Positions 53,446 through 64,000 are shown, counted from the first letter of the stretch. The stretch: DNA of 64,000 nucleotides from an uncultured Acidobacteriota bacterium (GCA_963827655.1 CAWHCF010000036.1:160001-224000); one strand, 5' to 3'. Numbers and translations: made by a program. Notes: generated from the letters alone by a model not told the origin.

Positions 53446-54677
53446 CGCTCACCCTCTCCTGCCGCCACGCGCTGTGCTTTTCGCCTCCTGTTCTCGATCA
53501 CTTTGACCGCGGCAAGAAGCGCCAGGACTGTGGGCGCCGCAACGTATCCCGCCGCCGGCGCCGCCATGAGAGATGCGAGCAGACCGGCAACCAACGCGAG
53601 GGCCAGGAGCGTCACACTCCCTAGCGCTCCGGCAAACAGCTCACGGCCGCCGGCGCGCGCGCGGCGGAACTGGCTGAACGCGACGGCCGTGACCACGACG
53701 AGCCCGACTACAAGCCCTTCGTACACGTCCGCTCCGGTCTTGATGACTTTGGCAATGCCGTCGATCACCACCCTCAGGAAGAGAGCGCCGAGGACCGTTC
53801 CCGCGACGCTTCCCACCCCTCCCTTCAGGCTGCATCCGCCAACGACGGCTGCCGCAATCGCGTTCAGCTCGTAAGCCCGCCCGAGCGTCTGCGGCTCGGC
53901 GACGCTTTGCTCGGCGATGTAGAGGATGCCCGCGATGGCAGACGTGAGGGCCCCGATCGAATACGCTACCCAGCGGACCTGGTCGGTCCGGATCCCGCTC
54001 AGCCTCGCCGCCGCCTCGTTTCCCCCCAGCGCGTAGATGTGCCGGCCCAGAACGGTCCGGCGCAGCAGGAAAGAGACGACCAGGCTGAGGAGGACGAAGA
54101 CGAGAACCGGAATCCAGACTGAGGTCGCGAGGTAACGAAACGCCTCGTCGTAAATCTGGATCTGGGTGCTCTTGCCTCCAAACTTTGCCGCCGTGACGGC
54201 CTCAGTCACCGCGCGCCCCAGGCTGCGCAAACCGACCAGCGTAGCCAGCGTGGCGACGAAGGGGGGTAATCTGACGACCGAAATCAGCCACGCGTGCAGG
54301 CTTCCAACCAGAAAGCCCGCCGCCACGGTGCCAAGGATGGCAGCGGAAATCACGCCGGTTCCAACCGGAAGCGCTTCCCGCATCTCTCTGGGCGCAAGCA
54401 GCACCATCATCGAGGCGCAGGTGGTCCCGGCAAACGCAATCATCGATCCGACCGACAGGTCGATTCCGCCCGACACGATTACCACGGCCGCGCCCAGTGA
54501 GAATATGCCGAGCAGCGCCGTCTGGCGCGCGATGTCTACGGCGCTCGGCCACGGGTCGTTCCAGTAAGTGTGGTTGGAGTCGAGCAGCGCCGCAACCGCG
54601 ATGACCGCGAGGATCACAAGAATGAGACCTCGTTCGTTGGCTGGCAAGGGGAGCCGCAATCGATGGGGAGAGGTCAT
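53442..54677 (-). CDS. Sugar ABC transporter permease (RbsC-like)
   Basis: GGIDLSVG, PPFVATL, GGNEAAARLSGI, YELNAIAAAVVGG. Confidence 0.92.
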   Translation of the reverse strand: MTSPHRLRLPLPANERGLILVILAVIAVAALLDSNHTYWNDPWPSAVDIARQTALLGIFSLGAAVVIVSGGIDLSVGSMIAFAGTTCASMMVLLAPREMREALPVGTGVISAAILGTVAAGFLVGSLHAWLISVVRLPPFVATLATLVGLRSLGRAVTEAVTAAKFGGKSTQIQIYDEAFRYLATSVWIPVLVFVLLSLVVSFLLRRTVLGRHIYALGGNEAAARLSGIRTDQVRWVAYSIGALTSAIAGILYIAEQSVAEPQTLGRAYELNAIAAAVVGGCSLKGGVGSVAGTVLGALFLRVVIDGIAKVIKTGADVYEGLVVGLVVVTAVAFSQFRRARAGGRELFAGALGSVTLLALALVAGLLASLMAAPAAGYVAAPTVLALLAAVKVIENRRRKAQRVAAGEGER

Positions 54678-54779
54678 GATCTGGGTTGAGCCACGCGACG
54701 TTTCACGGCCTGGGAGGCTGGTCTCGGCGCGAAGCTGGGGTTCGTCATTGGCACCTCGGCGGTGGCGTGGCGGTGCTAA

Positions 54780-55085
54780 CCCAAGCGACCGAACTCCAGG
54801 GCCGCCTTAGGAGTGCGCAAGCTTGCTTGCGCACTGGACTACGCAGCTTGTGCCGGCCCCACGAATGGCACCAGCCGCGCCCTGTAAGGGCGAAAGCATT
54901 GGCCGAGGGCAAGCTTCGCGCCGGGTCTGGACACATCGCAGCACAGAGAGCTCGTGCCGTTGTCCAGAGCCGAAGGCTCGGCCGTGAATAGCTCCCGCCC
55001 GTTAGGGCGAGGCTTTGCAACGAACCTCGAGGCCGCGTCGTCCACAGGCCGTGCCTCCGAATGTGTCGCACCTTCGAGCGCACAC
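54780..55085. repeat. REP-like/REPIN-like cluster inside the ABC operon
   Basis: GGAGTGCGCAAGCTTGCTTGCGCACT; GAGCCGAAGGCTCGGCCGTGAATAGC resembles the unit at 24923. Confidence 0.7.
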
Positions 55086-55196
55086 TACCAGAGCGAACTG
55101 AGTTTGCTGAGACAGCCTAAACAGCAGACTTGCTGACCGCGCCCCGAAATGCGCCTGTGAGCGCGCCATGGCGATGGCAGCCGGCCTGGTCGGGAA

Positions 55197-56326
55197 TCAG
55201 GAACCGGTAAGACCACGCTCCTGGAGCCACCGCCTGAACTCCGTCAGAGTCATGAACTGCGTCCGGGCCCCGAACATCTCACGCTTCAGCAATGATTCTC
55301 CATCGGGAACGACGAGCTTCAAGCCGGTGTCGTACAAGTCGCCTCCCGGCTCCGCTTCCTTGGGAAACATCTTTTGAACCTCGCCGCGGTCGCCAGCGAT
55401 CAGCGCCCGCAACAGCCGGACCCCCTGATATCCCATCTCGTAGGGATTCTGGACTACCATGACGTCGATGGCTCCCTGCGCCATCTGGGTGACGGCAATC
55501 GGTTCGGCGTCGAAGGTGGCAATGACGAACTTCTCGCGCCTTTGTTCCTGCCGAACCACGTCAACAATCGCCGGCGCATTGTATGACCAGATTCCTACCA
55601 GCGCCACCAGATCGGGATGGTTGCGGATCGCGTTGCGGACGTTCTCTCGCGCGCGCGTCCGATCGGTGTCGTCCGCCATCCGATCGGCCTCGGTATAAGC
55701 GGCGCCGGCCGCCTCTTTGAAGCCACCCATACGCTCGATTGCGTTGTGCGAGCCGGTGCGGCCGACGAACTGGACGTAGCTGCCGCGCGACCCTCGAGCC
55801 TCGAGCAGGCGCCTGGCGGCGGCGCCAAGCTCGCGGCGGCCGAGAGATTGTCGGTCCCAATGTAGTAGCTGCGCGCGTCACGGAATCTCGAGCGGTCGAC
55901 GTCGGCATCGACGCAGATGACCTGGACCCCTCGCGCTCTCAGCTTTCGCATCTCCTCGGCGACAGCGGCGTTGTCCGCGTCAAGCGCCGAAATCGCAACA
56001 CCGGCAATGTCACGCATGTTCAAAAACTGGCGCAGCCGGTCGATCTGCCCCTGGACGGTGCCATCGTTGACCTCCATGACGACTGAGAGGTTGGCTGCGC
56101 CCAACTTCAAGTCCCGGGCCGCTTCCTGGAGACCGAGTCGACAGGCGTCCCAGAAGGGGGAATTCCCGTTGTTGAGCAGCACGAGTCGTCTTGCGCCGCG
56201 CTCGGACCCGGAGGTCGCTTCCCCCGCCGCGCCGCCCGGCCCGCGCCCTTCCCTAGTTCCGCACGCCGCCGAAATCCAGAGGAGAGCGGCTGCGACCAGC
56301 ACCCTGATGATACTGCCGTGCGCCAT
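55197..56326 (-). CDS. Sugar ABC substrate-binding lipoprotein (frameshift near 55800)
   Basis: Lipobox SAAC, NSPFW, VICVDAD, YIGTDN, GIWSYN, VVQNPYEMG. Confidence 0.9.
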
Positions 56327-56332
56327 ATCGAC

Positions 56333-57577
56333 CTACCCGGGCCACCCCTCGCGTCGAATCTGCTTCCCCACGGCGCGCAGCGTCCGCACGTCCTCCGGAT
56401 GCACCGAGCCGTCGGGGAGCGGACCAATATTGAGCAGGAGGTTGTAATTGCTGGCGATCGTCGTGGCCAGCGTCTTCCGGACGAAATCGGGACCGCGATG
56501 ATGGCCGTCGTGGCTGCGGTCATAGCCCCACCACGCGTACGGCTTCTCCGGCTGGAGGATGGCGGACACTTCATTGTGCTTGTGGCGGTTCGCCGCCCAA
56601 GCCCGCCGCGCGATCTCGGCCCCTTTCGGATTGATCTTTTCCATGCGCTGCGCGATCCGGTTCTCCTCTCCTTCGACGGTGTGCTCGGGCATCGCGAGGT
56701 CCTCGGTGCCGATAGCCCCCTGCTTGAACGAGATCAGCGCGTGCGGCTGAAGCTTCCGGATCATGGCATACGTCTCCTCGATCGGGAAGAGGTCTGGACG
56801 CGCGTAGTAACCCATGATCGGGTCGAAGGAGACGCCTGCCACTGCACCATAACCGGTCAGGAGCTCTCGGATCTGGCCGTGCGCGTAGTCGAGGTAATGC
56901 CGAAAGTCGGCGTCCTTCTCCCAGCGGTAATGCGGCTCGGGAGTCGCGTACTCAGGCCGCGCAATGTACAGGAACTTCCGCGGGTAAAAGTAAGGATGCC
57001 ACCAGTCGAGCGCATAGGAGTAATAGACAAACAGCCCGAGTTCCTTCTTGCGACACTGCTCGGCCAGCTCTGCCATGAAGTCCCTTCGCGCCGGGCTCCG
57101 GACGCTGCTCCAATCGGACTGTTTCGTGTCCCAGAGCGCAAAGCTGTCGTGATGGCGCGATACGAAGTTGATGTAGCTCGCCTCCGCATCGCGCGCCAGA
57201 TCGGTGATGAAGTCGGCGTCGAACTTGCGGGCCGTGAACTGGTCCTTGAGCTTGCCGTATTCGCTGACCGGGATCTTCTCCATCCACTGGACCCACTCCC
57301 CCCGACCAAGCAGCGAATACAGGCCGTAGTGCACTTGAAATCCGAAACGCGCGTTGCGGAACCACTCGAGTGACGCTGCGCGCGGATCCTGAAGAAACCG
57401 GTTTCTGTGTTTGCCGAGGTGCGCCGGGAGCGCGGTCTGGTTCCGCTCATCGGCGCGGAGCGCAACTGCCGCCCCGAAAGCGAGCCCGCAGAAGCGCCGG
57501 CGCGACCACCCACCGGCCGTACTCGTGCTTGCGGCGCGAGGCCGGCGCGCGCGGGCGTTCGTCACTGGAGTGTCCAT
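56333..57577 (-). CDS. Alpha-L-fucosidase GH29 with Tat signal
   Basis: SRRRFC, WF.NARFG..HYGLYS, GEW, SRHHDSFALWD, NLLLNIGP..DG. Confidence 0.9.
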   Translation of the reverse strand: MDTPVTNARARRPRAASTSTAGGWSRRRFCGLAFGAAVALRADERNQTALPAHLGKHRNRFLQDPRAASLEWFRNARFGFQVHYGLYSLLGRGEWVQWMEKIPVSEYGKLKDQFTARKFDADFITDLARDAEASYINFVSRHHDSFALWDTKQSDWSSVRSPARRDFMAELAEQCRKKELGLFVYYSYALDWWHPYFYPRKFLYIARPEYATPEPHYRWEKDADFRHYLDYAHGQIRELLTGYGAVAGVSFDPIMGYYARPDLFPIEETYAMIRKLQPHALISFKQGAIGTEDLAMPEHTVEGEENRIAQRMEKINPKGAEIARRAWAANRHKHNEVSAILQPEKPYAWWGYDRSHDGHHRGPDFVRKTLATTIASNYNLLLNIGPLPDGSVHPEDVRTLRAVGKQIRREGWPG

Positions 57578-57606
57578 GGGTTCCCAAATAAGGCAAGGGC
57601 GTGAAG

Positions 57607-57637
57607 TTGTCAACAAATTTGTGCTATTTGTCGACAC
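57607..57637. promoter_or_regulatory. GntR/FadR-type double operator overlapping the -35 box of the fucosidase promoter
   Basis: TTGTCAACAA and TTGTCGACAC boxes 21 bp apart, together forming TGTCAACAAAT-N7-ATTTGTCGACA; minus-strand TTGACA at 57613-57608. Confidence 0.7.
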
Positions 57638-57885
57638 ACTCATTAACGGTGCCAGGAAGCCCTGAAGCTTACCGCGCGGGTGTCTTTCAGGACTCGGCTG
57701 AACGCCGGAACCGCTGATCTTCGTATTCGATGGCGCAAAGTAATCCCGTTTCCCCGCCCGCTCGGCGTCCCTGCGGCAGTTCACGAAATAAGGGTATCGT
57801 CACACCCCCGGGACGAGAGGAACCGGAAGTCTCTGGTAAAATGACCGCCGGGCACCGGAAAGGCAAACATGCAAGGTAGAGAAGG

Positions 57886-58596
57886 ATGACAGCCAGACAA
57901 CCGAAGTCGGTTTCGAATTCAGCGCAACTGAGCAGCCGGCTCAAGCAACATCTACTGGCGAAACGCTACAGCCCGGGAGACCGCATCGAGACTGAGACGG
58001 AACTCGCCCGGCGCTTCCAAGTCTCGCGCTCCAAGATACGGGAAGTGACAACCATGCTTCAGCGCCAGGGCCTCTTGAGCCGCAAGCAGCGCGCCGGCAG
58101 CACCATATGCGCTCTCGATCCGAGCACAATCGGTGAAGATCTTGCGTTTCGTTTTCTGTTGGCCGGTCTCGAGGATGCAGGCGCCTGGGAAGCGCGCCGC
58201 GTGATCGAACTCTCGATTCTTCCGCTCGTCGTCCGTCGCTCCACCCCGGCGCAACTGCAGAAGATGGATAAGGCGATCGACAGGATGGAGGCGAGCCTGA
58301 GAAACCCGGATGCAGCCGATCGGGCCGACCGCGACTTTCACCTCGTCGTCCTCCAGGCTTGCGGAAACGAGATTCTGCAGTCGTTAGGAGCCGTGATTCA
58401 CGAACTCTTCAGGGCCACGATCCGGCGGAAGTACTGGAAGGCGGAACTGTTTCGCAAGGCAATCAAGGAACACCGGGCCCTGGTCGAGGCCATCCGCGCC
58501 GAAGACCTGAGCAGGGCTCAGCAAATTCTGGAAGCTCATCTATTAGGCAAGCCGTTCCGCGTGGGGTTGGGTCCACCAGTAAGGAACGGCTCCTGA
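57886..58596 (+). CDS. GntR/FadR family regulator (FCD domain)
   Basis: PGDRI.TE.ELA.RFQVSR..IRE wHTH, EARRVIE, D.DFH, EH..LVEAI. Confidence 0.92.
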   Translation: MTARQPKSVSNSAQLSSRLKQHLLAKRYSPGDRIETETELARRFQVSRSKIREVTTMLQRQGLLSRKQRAGSTICALDPSTIGEDLAFRFLLAGLEDAGAWEARRVIELSILPLVVRRSTPAQLQKMDKAIDRMEASLRNPDAADRADRDFHLVVLQACGNEILQSLGAVIHELFRATIRRKYWKAELFRKAIKEHRALVEAIRAEDLSRAQQILEAHLLGKPFRVGLGPPVRNGS

Positions 58597-58694
58597 AATC
58601 CTCCGACTCCGGCTGGATCAGCGTAGGCCTTGCCGTGGTTAGCCAGCTCTAGCCACGAAGAAACACTCAAGAGGTTCTTATTGAGGAGCATGTC

Positions 58695-60155
58695 ATGAGA
58701 TCAGTGTTCGTGATCACGTTATGCCTGTCGTTCGCAACCGACGCCGCTTTCGCACAGAGTTCGCGACCCAACTTCGTGCTTGTGCTGGCCGATGACCTGG
58801 GCTACGGAGATCTGGGCTGTTTCGGCTCCAAGGATGTGAAGACACCAAACCTCGACAAGTTCGCAGCCGAAGGAATGCGGTTCACGAGCTCTTACGCCGG
58901 GCACCCGAATTGTTCGCCGTCGCGCACGGCTCTCATGACCGGGCGCACGCCGACCCGGGTAGGAATTCGCAATTGGATTCCCCAGGACTCGCCCGTGCAT
59001 GTGCGACGCAGTGAGGTCACCATCGCCACGCTCTTGAAGAAGGCGGGCTACTCGACCTGCCATGTCGGCAAGTGGCACATGAACGGTGAATTCAATCAGC
59101 CGACGCAGCCGCAGCCGAGCGACCATGGCTTCGAACACTGGTTCTCCACGCAGAACAACGCGCTGCCGAGTCATCGCAACCCGGACAACTTTGTGCGCAA
59201 CGGAAAGCCCGTCGGCAAGCAGAATGGTTACTCCAGTCACCTGGTCGTCGATGAAGCCGCGCGCTGGCTCTCGCAGGGACGGGACAAAGCCAAGCCCTTC
59301 TTCCTCTACGTCTGCTTCCACGAACCACACGAGCCGATTGCATCGGACGACAAGTATGCGCGGCTGTATCCTGGGAACGATCCCAGCTACACGGCTCATC
59401 ACGCCAACATCACGCAAATGGACGACGCCTTCGGCCGCCTGATGCAAACGCTTGACGAGCAAGGCTTGCGAGACAACACCCTCGTCCTTTTCACCAGCGA
59501 TAACGGTCCGGCGATCACCGCGCAGCATCCGCATGGCTCGGCCGGACCGCTGCGCGACAAGAAGGGTTCGGTTTACGAGGGCGGCATCCGTGTGCCCGGT
59601 CTTCTGCGTTGGCCGGGAAAGACAAAGACGGGTAGCGTGTCGGATGAACCGATCTCCGGCGTAGATTTCCTGCCGACCGTTTGTGCCATAACCGGCATCG
59701 AACCACCCCGCGATCGAGTGCTCGACGGCGCGAGCTTTCTTCCCGTACTGTCTGGTGGAACGGTGCTGCGCGCGACGCCGCTTTACTGGCATTTCAACCG
59801 CGCGTTCGGCGATCCCAGGGTGGCCATGCGAATCGGCGATTGGAAAATTCTCGCGACGCTCGACAGGAATCCCGCGCCGCCTCCCAACGACTTGACCGAA
59901 GCGGAAGAGAGAAACTTCAAAGAAGCCAAGCTCGACAAATTCTCGCTTTATAATCTGCGCAGCGATATCGGCGAAACGCGCGACCTTGCCGCAGAACAGC
60001 CCGAGAAGTTCGCGGAGTTGAAGTCGCAGCTCGAAAAGAAGTACCTCGAGGTGCGCGCGGAGTCGCCGACGTGGCCCGCGTGGAAGTTCACGAATACCGA
60101 AGGAAAGCGCATCGAGTGGCCCGACTACGTGAAGAAGAATCGCGCGCCGCGGTAG
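58695..60155 (+). CDS. Sulfatase (formylglycine-dependent)
   Basis: PNFVLVLADDLGYGD, CSPSR..LMTGR, GKWH, SDNG, YEGGIRVP. Confidence 0.93.
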   Translation: MRSVFVITLCLSFATDAAFAQSSRPNFVLVLADDLGYGDLGCFGSKDVKTPNLDKFAAEGMRFTSSYAGHPNCSPSRTALMTGRTPTRVGIRNWIPQDSPVHVRRSEVTIATLLKKAGYSTCHVGKWHMNGEFNQPTQPQPSDHGFEHWFSTQNNALPSHRNPDNFVRNGKPVGKQNGYSSHLVVDEAARWLSQGRDKAKPFFLYVCFHEPHEPIASDDKYARLYPGNDPSYTAHHANITQMDDAFGRLMQTLDEQGLRDNTLVLFTSDNGPAITAQHPHGSAGPLRDKKGSVYEGGIRVPGLLRWPGKTKTGSVSDEPISGVDFLPTVCAITGIEPPRDRVLDGASFLPVLSGGTVLRATPLYWHFNRAFGDPRVAMRIGDWKILATLDRNPAPPPNDLTEAEERNFKEAKLDKFSLYNLRSDIGETRDLAAEQPEKFAELKSQLEKKYLEVRAESPTWPAWKFTNTEGKRIEWPDYVKKNRAPR

Positions 60156-60178
60156 CCTTTCTCGCGCGACCCGCGGTA

Positions 60179-63100
60179 TTGTTTTTGGTGTTTCTTGGCG
60201 TCTTGGTGTCTTCGTGGTTAGCGTTGCGAAACAATACCACGAGGGCACAAAGACCCGGAGAAACACCAAGTGCTGGCGCGCAAACTGAGCGCGCGCTCAG
60301 TTTCAAAATCACCTTCGGCCTCAAACAAAAACTTCACGGCCGCGTGTGGACCGGCGTGCTCCGCAACCCTGCGCAGATTCGCTCCGTGCGCGGCTGGCAT
60401 CTCGATGTCAGCGACTCCATCACGCTCCCGGACCGATGGAATCTCTCTCTGCGCACGGTGGGAGGCGAGACGCCGTCCAAGGCTGTCATTCTTGACGTGC
60501 TCAGCCCGCCCGAACAGCCGGTCGTCATCTACACGCGCGAAGGCGACATTTCCTTTACCCCGGCAAAAGTGCCGTACGGAGTCACTCACTACATCCCGGA
60601 GTCAAACGGCGATATCTCGGTGGAGCGCGTGCCGGCTCCTCAGATCGTTTCAAGTCCGGAATTCGAGGACGACGATCCGGCGCTGCTCAGAACGCGTGCC
60701 GGCGAGTACTGGATGGCGTGGGTCGCGTACAAGACGATCTCCCGCTCCGGCGACTACATCGACGGTGGCGACCAGATCTTTGTGGCGCGCAGCCGCGACG
60801 CCCGGGCATGGCCGGCGAATCCCGAATCAAAACCGCTGACCCAGCCCGGAGACCATTTCCGTGTCGCGCTGGCCGAGGACGGGCGGGGCTTCATCTGGTG
60901 TGTCTACTCGAGGCAGCGCCAGATCGAGAGCGGCAATTTCGATCTCTACGCGCGTGTGTTCGACGGAACCGACTGGTCCGCCGAGCAGCAGTTGACTACC
61001 GATCCGCGCCCGGACGTTTTTCACCGGCTTGCCTCGGACCGCGACGGAAATCTGTACCTTGTCTGGATGGGGTTCCGCCCGTCTTCCGGTGGCCTGGCGC
61101 AGAGCGAGGTCCTGATGCGAGTTCGCAGCCGCGACCGCTGGAGTGACGAAATCAACGTCAGCAGTTCGCCCGAGGACGACTGGGAGCCGGCTCTTTCAGT
61201 CGACAACGCAGGTCGTGCCTGGATCGCATGGGATTCCTATCGCGGAGCGGCGGCTGCCGGCGGTTACGACATTCTGTTGCGCCACTACGCGGGCGGCAGC
61301 TTGGGGCCCGTGCGTACGGTTTCGGCTACGCCGTTCGCCGAGATGCGCGCCGATGTCGCCGTCGACGGTTCCGGCCGCGTCTGGATCGCGTGGGAAGAAG
61401 GCGGCGTGAATTGGGGCAAGGATACCGGTTACCAGAATCCGAAGCATCGAATCCATCTACGTCCCGGAGGCTCGGCAATTTACGGTCCGGCGAATTCACC
61501 CACCGCCCTCTACCGGCGGCCGCGAGTGGCGGTTCTCGACGGGGAACAGCTCAAGCAGCCGATCGCCGAGTTTCACAAGTCGTATCCGGGATCACTTCAG
61601 GGCAATCTGTTTCAGAATCCGCGGCTCGGAGCCGACGCCAGCGGCCGTATCTGGGTCTTTCTGCGCCACCAGCTGGCCGCCCGCGGCAGAAACACAGGAC
61701 ACCTCTTCGACTTCTACGCAACCACGCTGCGAGGGCAGGGCGCCAGTCAGAGCTGGATGAGCCCCGCTCTGTTGCCGGCCACCACGGGGCGGCAGGATAC
61801 GACCATTGCCATGGCGCCCGGTTCGGCGAACCAGCTGGTCGTGGCGGCGGTTGGAGACGGACGCCTCCTTCCTGTACCGCTTCCCATTAACCATGAAGTC
61901 GCGACCATGGCGCTGGACGCGGCCGGCTTCGAACCCATCAATCCCGAGCTGAAGCCGTTCGAGCCCAGTCCGGCGGGACAGTTCCCCATCACCCATCCAG
62001 ACGAAACCGCCCAGGTGGCGCAGGTTCGCAACCACCGCCTTCGTCTCGGAGCGAGCACGTACAAGATCGTGCGGGGAGATGTTCATCGTCATAGCGCGAT
62101 CTCGATGGATGGCGCAATCGACGGCAGTCTGTGGGACCTGTATCGATACGCTTTGAATGCCGCGTCGTTCGACTTCATCGCCGTGACCGACCACAACTAT
62201 GGGGCGTGGCTGGACACCGACGAACCCGAATCGAAGAATACGGACGACGTTTATCAGTGGTGGCGGACACAGAAGTCAGCGGACATCTTTCATGTTCCCG
62301 GCCGCTTCGTCCCGCTCTATGGTTACGAGCGATCGGTCAACTTCCCGCTCGGGCACCGGAATATCTTTCATGTGCGTCGCGGGATCTTCAGTTACCGCGT
62401 TCCCAAACTCCACATCGCCGAGCGTGCCGACCTGATCACTAAGGACGCGCAGGGTCTGTGGGCGTACTTGCGCGCGACGGACGGGGTCGCGTTGCCTCAT
62501 ACCTCGGGCACGACCATGGGAACGGACTGGAGCCTCCGCGACGACGCGCTGGAACCGGTGACCGAGATCTACCAGGGCGACCGCAATTCGTATGAAGAGG
62601 AAGGCGCCCCGCGCGCCGCTCTAAGTAACAATTTCGGTCTCGGTGCAGCGGGCCGCTCGCCTTTTCAAAAAGGACTGGTCTGGAATGCGCTCGGCGCGGG
62701 CTACAGAATGGGCTTCGTGGCTTCCAGCGATCATTTCTCGACGCACATTTCTTACGCGAACCTTCTGGTGCCGGACCGCGTTACGACGCGCGCAGATATC
62801 CAGCAGGCGTTCCGCCGGCGCCACACGTATGCCTCGACCGATAACATCGTCGTCGATTTTTACGCCGGCGAAACGTTGCAAGGAGGAGACCTGGAGGCGG
62901 CGGCAAGTCCGACGTTCCATGTGGCCGTGCGAGGAACCGAACCGATCCTGCGTGTCGAACTGATCAAGAACAACCGGCTGATTTACACGAGAGGCCCGGA
63001 GCCGGGTGCTCTGGACGCGCGCGTGGTCACCTTCTCGTTCCGCGACAGCGCGGAATTCGGCGGCGCCTTCAATGACACGACGATGCACGCGTCGTCGCAG

Positions 63101-63260
63101 ATCAAGGACTGGAGCCATCCAGAAACCGGAATTCGGCCGCGCCCGGCCGTGGCCGAATCCTATTACTATGTGCGTGTTGTTCAGAGCTTCAGCCGTCGAG
63201 AAACCGGCGCTCGAGGGGGAGATCGGCTGGTCGTCACCGATCTTTGTGCGGCGCAAATAG
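60179..63260 (+). CDS. Large secreted protein: beta-propeller-like repeats + PHP-type (DUF3604/CehA-like) metallohydrolase; start uncertain, frameshift near 63205
   Basis: Repeated P.LA.D..G..W.AW motifs; GDVHRHS..S.DG, DFIAVTDH, PHT, GFVASSDH; true end GEIGWSSPIFV is in the 63006..63260 frame. Confidence 0.8.
60183..60270. repeat. Family D element, most complete copy, in frame within the ORF
   Basis: TTGGTGTTTCTTGGCGTCTTGGTGTCTTCGTGGTTAGCGTTGCGAAACAATACCACGAGGGCACAAAGACCCGGAGAAACACCAA. Confidence 0.8.
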
Positions 63261-63284
63261 GCAGCTTCGTGTTCTTATCAAATG

Positions 63285-63322
63285 ACCACTGAAGACTCCA
63301 GAGACACGAAGAAACACCAGGA
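63285..63322. repeat. Family D element, half copy
   Basis: ACCACTGAAGACTCCAGAGACACGAAGAAACACCAGG. Confidence 0.65.
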
Positions 63323-63337
63323 TGATTCCAGAGGCGT

Positions 63338-64000
63338 TCACCGATCCCGAGCGTCATGGGCGATCCTGCCGGTGATCTCACCGCTTCCATCGACCATGAG
63401 GGCGTGAGGGTACTTCACTGTCGTCGTGCAGGCATGACCCGGAACCGCCAGTACAAAGTCGCCCACGGCCAGGCTCGCGCCGTTCAGCCTTAACACGCCG
63501 TGTTCCTCGCTCTGCGCGATCAGTTCCACCGCCTCGTGGCCGACGACCTTGAAACGCTGCGCCACTCCCACGTCGTCACTGACAGCCTTCGCCCCGATGT
63601 CGACCGTGACGGTGTCCTGGGCGGCGTTGCAGTCGACAACCTGGCCGAGCACGAGGGCGGCTGGCTTGAAGGGAAGCTCCGCCATGGCGGCATTACGGTG
63701 GTCCCAGTAGATCCAGGTGCCAGGCGAAAGCCGCAGCTTGCTGTCTCGCGGGTAGAGATGGAAGGACCAGGAGTTGCCCACGATATTGTCGAAGATCTCG
63801 AGACCGAGCCGGCGGGCGCGCTCCCAGAGGTCGACCATGTGGCCGAAGCTCTCGTCGACCAGGGCCTGCCGCCGTTCGATCTCCGGTATGAAACCGGTGT
63901 GACCGTCGAAAACATGGACTCCGAGCGGGCGTATCCCCTGTGTCCGAGCCGCGGCAGCGTAGAGCCGAACCGCTTCGTCCCCGGGCGCCACGCCGGTTCG
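63338..64000 (-). CDS. D-threonine aldolase/DSD1-like PLP-dependent enzyme, 3' part (5' end off window)
   Basis: G.H.FDGH, SPG.WIYWD, DIGAKA, SEEHG, VPGHAC. Confidence 0.85.
   Translation of the reverse strand, partial: RTGVAPGDEAVRLYAAAARTQGIRPLGVHVFDGHTGFIPEIERRQALVDESFGHMVDLWERARRLGLEIFDNIVGNSWSFHLYPRDSKLRLSPGTWIYWDHRNAAMAELPFKPAALVLGQVVDCNAAQDTVTVDIGAKAVSDDVGVAQRFKVVGHEAVELIAQSEEHGVLRLNGASLAVGDFVLAVPGHACTTTVKYPHALMVDGSGEITGRIAHDARDR

Overview
GC-rich bacterial chromosomal window, most likely from Acidobacteriota. This is inferred from two ADOP-type duplicated ABC permeases, an Oar-like TonB-dependent receptor and the DUF1501/DUF1553 and DUF1592/DUF1552 gene pairs. About 17 genes are broken by small indels, most plausibly long-read consensus errors. 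Main content: glyQS, two planctomycete-type cytochrome/DUF pairs, a GH51 arabinofuranosidase, a GntR-controlled L-fucose locus (GH29, ABC transporter, fuconate dehydratase) beside a sulfatase and a large PHP-type metallohydrolase, an OmpR-type two-component system with a PP2C phosphatase, and a poly-HAMP hybrid kinase pair. The first 15 kb hold three toxin-antitoxin(-like) modules and a PIN-gene remnant. The relE module sits between integron attC half-sites with its own leaderless promoter, so it looks like a stranded integron cassette with no integrase in the window. The other two modules have weaker attC-like traces. Intergenic DNA carries at least four families of non-autonomous repeats: a TIR/TSD MITE, an approximately 85-bp CACGAAGA hairpin element (one copy reads in frame as a signal-peptide-like segment), GGAGTGCG REP-like palindromes and long REPIN-like hairpins. 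There are also several short remnants of deleted neighbouring genes. No rRNA, tRNA or CRISPR array was seen.
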